A stretch of DNA of 63,154 nt from Atractiella rhizophila (Eukaryota): NCBI GenBank assembly GCA_021432655.1, contig MU271247.1:62001-125154 (forward strand), written 5' to 3'. A model generated the notes under the pieces. That model was not told the DNA's origin and made no database searches. It saw only the letters and a list, made by a program, of their open reading frames with translations. This document shows positions 61,512-63,154 of this stretch, piece by piece; position 1 is the first letter of the stretch, and each line of letters starts with the position of its first letter. A program made the translations under genes and the position numbers.

Positions 61512-62833
61512 TCAACTTTTAGAAGGAACCTCGTCAAATGCAAAGGGGGGCGCTTCCGACTGAACCTCTTTCCATAACGTTTCCATCGCCTCGACAGCCC
61601 AACTCTCTAGCGGTCCCTTATGGACCCATTCAAGCCCTTCGACAATATGATTCTTCTTACCCGTTCCCATAATCACGCCGTCTCCAAACTCTCCTTTCAA
61701 AGCTGAATGGTAGACCGCCCATCTCGTTGCAACTTCCATCCCGGAGAGATTCCCGTGATCCTTCACAGTCGCGTGGAAGGACTTAAGAGCGTTAATCATA
61801 GCTGGTTTTGCGAACATGCCTCGATACGCCGCAGTTAGGTGAGCAGGTGCCGTCGAAGTGCCGTATCTACCGTCAGATATCGCCACAGTGTTAGACACTA
61901 CGTGACTGCCTCGGAAGGAAACAGACCTGGTGTTACTCGTGGTTGATGGGTCCGTCAAAACGTACTTCTCTTGAAAGAAGCCTCCTGCGGTCACAGACCA
62001 AGCATTGAAAGCTATTTTATGCTTTCTCAAGACTGGAAGTAGTCCAGTTTCGATATTTCTATGCAGCGAAATTGTCAGAAATGGTATCAAACCGTCAAGT
62101 GCACACCTAGCCAAACCGTTGTATAAGCCTTGATATACCGACACCCGGACGAGTCCGTGCTCTTCCGACAGCTTGATGAATTCCTCCACGTCGGCTGCAG
62201 AATGGTTGGATACTCCAAACTACCAGTCTTTTCAGCCCCTGTACGACAGAGAGTGTCGACGTACCTTTTCGAATTTTCCCTCTCTGTACAGAGCATCCAC
62301 CCCTCTCAGTGTCTCTAGGATCGGGACCGTCTTATCTGGCTTGTGCAGATAGAAGACTCGGACTTTGTCAACCTTCAGCCTGCGCCATAGCTTAAGATAG
62401 TGAAGCGAGTAAGAAATGATGCGAACCTCTGCAAAGAACTTTCCAAACTCGAGCGCAGGTTTTCTCGTTTATGTCCCCCCGGAAACCACGAATTAGCCTT
62501 TGTATCAATCACCCAGCCCTGCTCGGCGGCTTTCCACTCTCCCAACAACGATTCGGATGTCGTTTCAGCACCAGGCGAGTACGCCTGTCAGTTAGCTGTT
62601 TACGCTTCTGAACTCTGACGTGGAATCGCTCAGCAAACCATTGCGGTGTCCATCACGGTGTGCCCTCGCTCTGTGTAGAGAGGCAAGTATTCGTCGAGCA
62701 GTGGAAGGCTGTTGAGCCACACATTCCCACCAATGGATGCTGCGTTCACGGAGTTCGTTAGACATTGTAAAAAGGTGGGAAAGAAACACGAACCTCCACC
62801 AAAAATGATTTCCACAGGTATTTTGTTGCTCAT
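61512..62833 (-). CDS. Aldo-keto reductase (aflatoxin B1 aldehyde reductase / AKR7-like)
   Basis: DTAM|.YSPG..E..LG, IDTKA, YLHKPDKTVP..ETL, FGVSN, YQGLYN and WAVYHSALKGEFGDGVI. Confidence 0.92.
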
Positions 62834-63154
62834 TTTCGTTTTATTCCTGCGCTCTGCTTTCCGTTTGGGAAAAGAGAGGAGCTAAGGTGCGTCTTTTATA
62901 CTACGCTCAACCTTGAACTGTTCCGAACCCATAATTGTAGGTTGTACACTACTGTGTTGACAACTAAGTTACTTCATTGGAATAAAGGTGTTGGTTAGTG
63001 ATTGCACGAACTTAACACCGACAAATCAGAATGAGCACTCGGCGGAACGGGATGATGTGTCACCATCAATCTCGACGCTTCCATCAGCTCCAGAGCTGCT
63101 TCTGCCTATACCTCGCATCAATGCATAAGCAGACAATCCAGGTATCTCTGTAAG

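Overview
Gene-dense, intron-rich eukaryotic DNA. Short 50-70 nt GT-AG introns with GTGAGT/GTACGT/GTGCGT donors and CTGAC/CTAAC-type branch points point to a basidiomycete fungus (inference). There are two assembly gaps and signs of single-base indel errors. About 25 genes or relics can be supported: tannase/feruloyl esterase, Mss116-like DEAD-box helicase, SHMT, DHHC(DHFC) palmitoyltransferase, three tandem dienelactone hydrolases, phosphoglycerate mutase, F-box/LRR genes plus a pseudogene, a stand-alone patatin, Kex2, a B-type cyclin, two small secreted proteins, a LENG1/Saf4-like Cir_N protein, a MYND protein, a half-decayed metallophosphatase, an SDR, RTA1, a histidine acid phosphatase and an aldo-keto reductase. 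The most striking unexplained signal is non-coding. SHMT and the DHHC gene sit head-to-head, 207 bp apart, and each has a first intron 12-18 times the normal length. The 1078-nt DHHC intron is filled with nested perfect helices and looks like an unidentified large structured RNA. The 791-nt SHMT intron has mutually exclusive pairings near a cryptic exon, making it a riboswitch-like splicing candidate. The helicase first intron holds a probable snR87/U16-like box C/D snoRNA. All structure calls were made by eye, without folding software or database searches.
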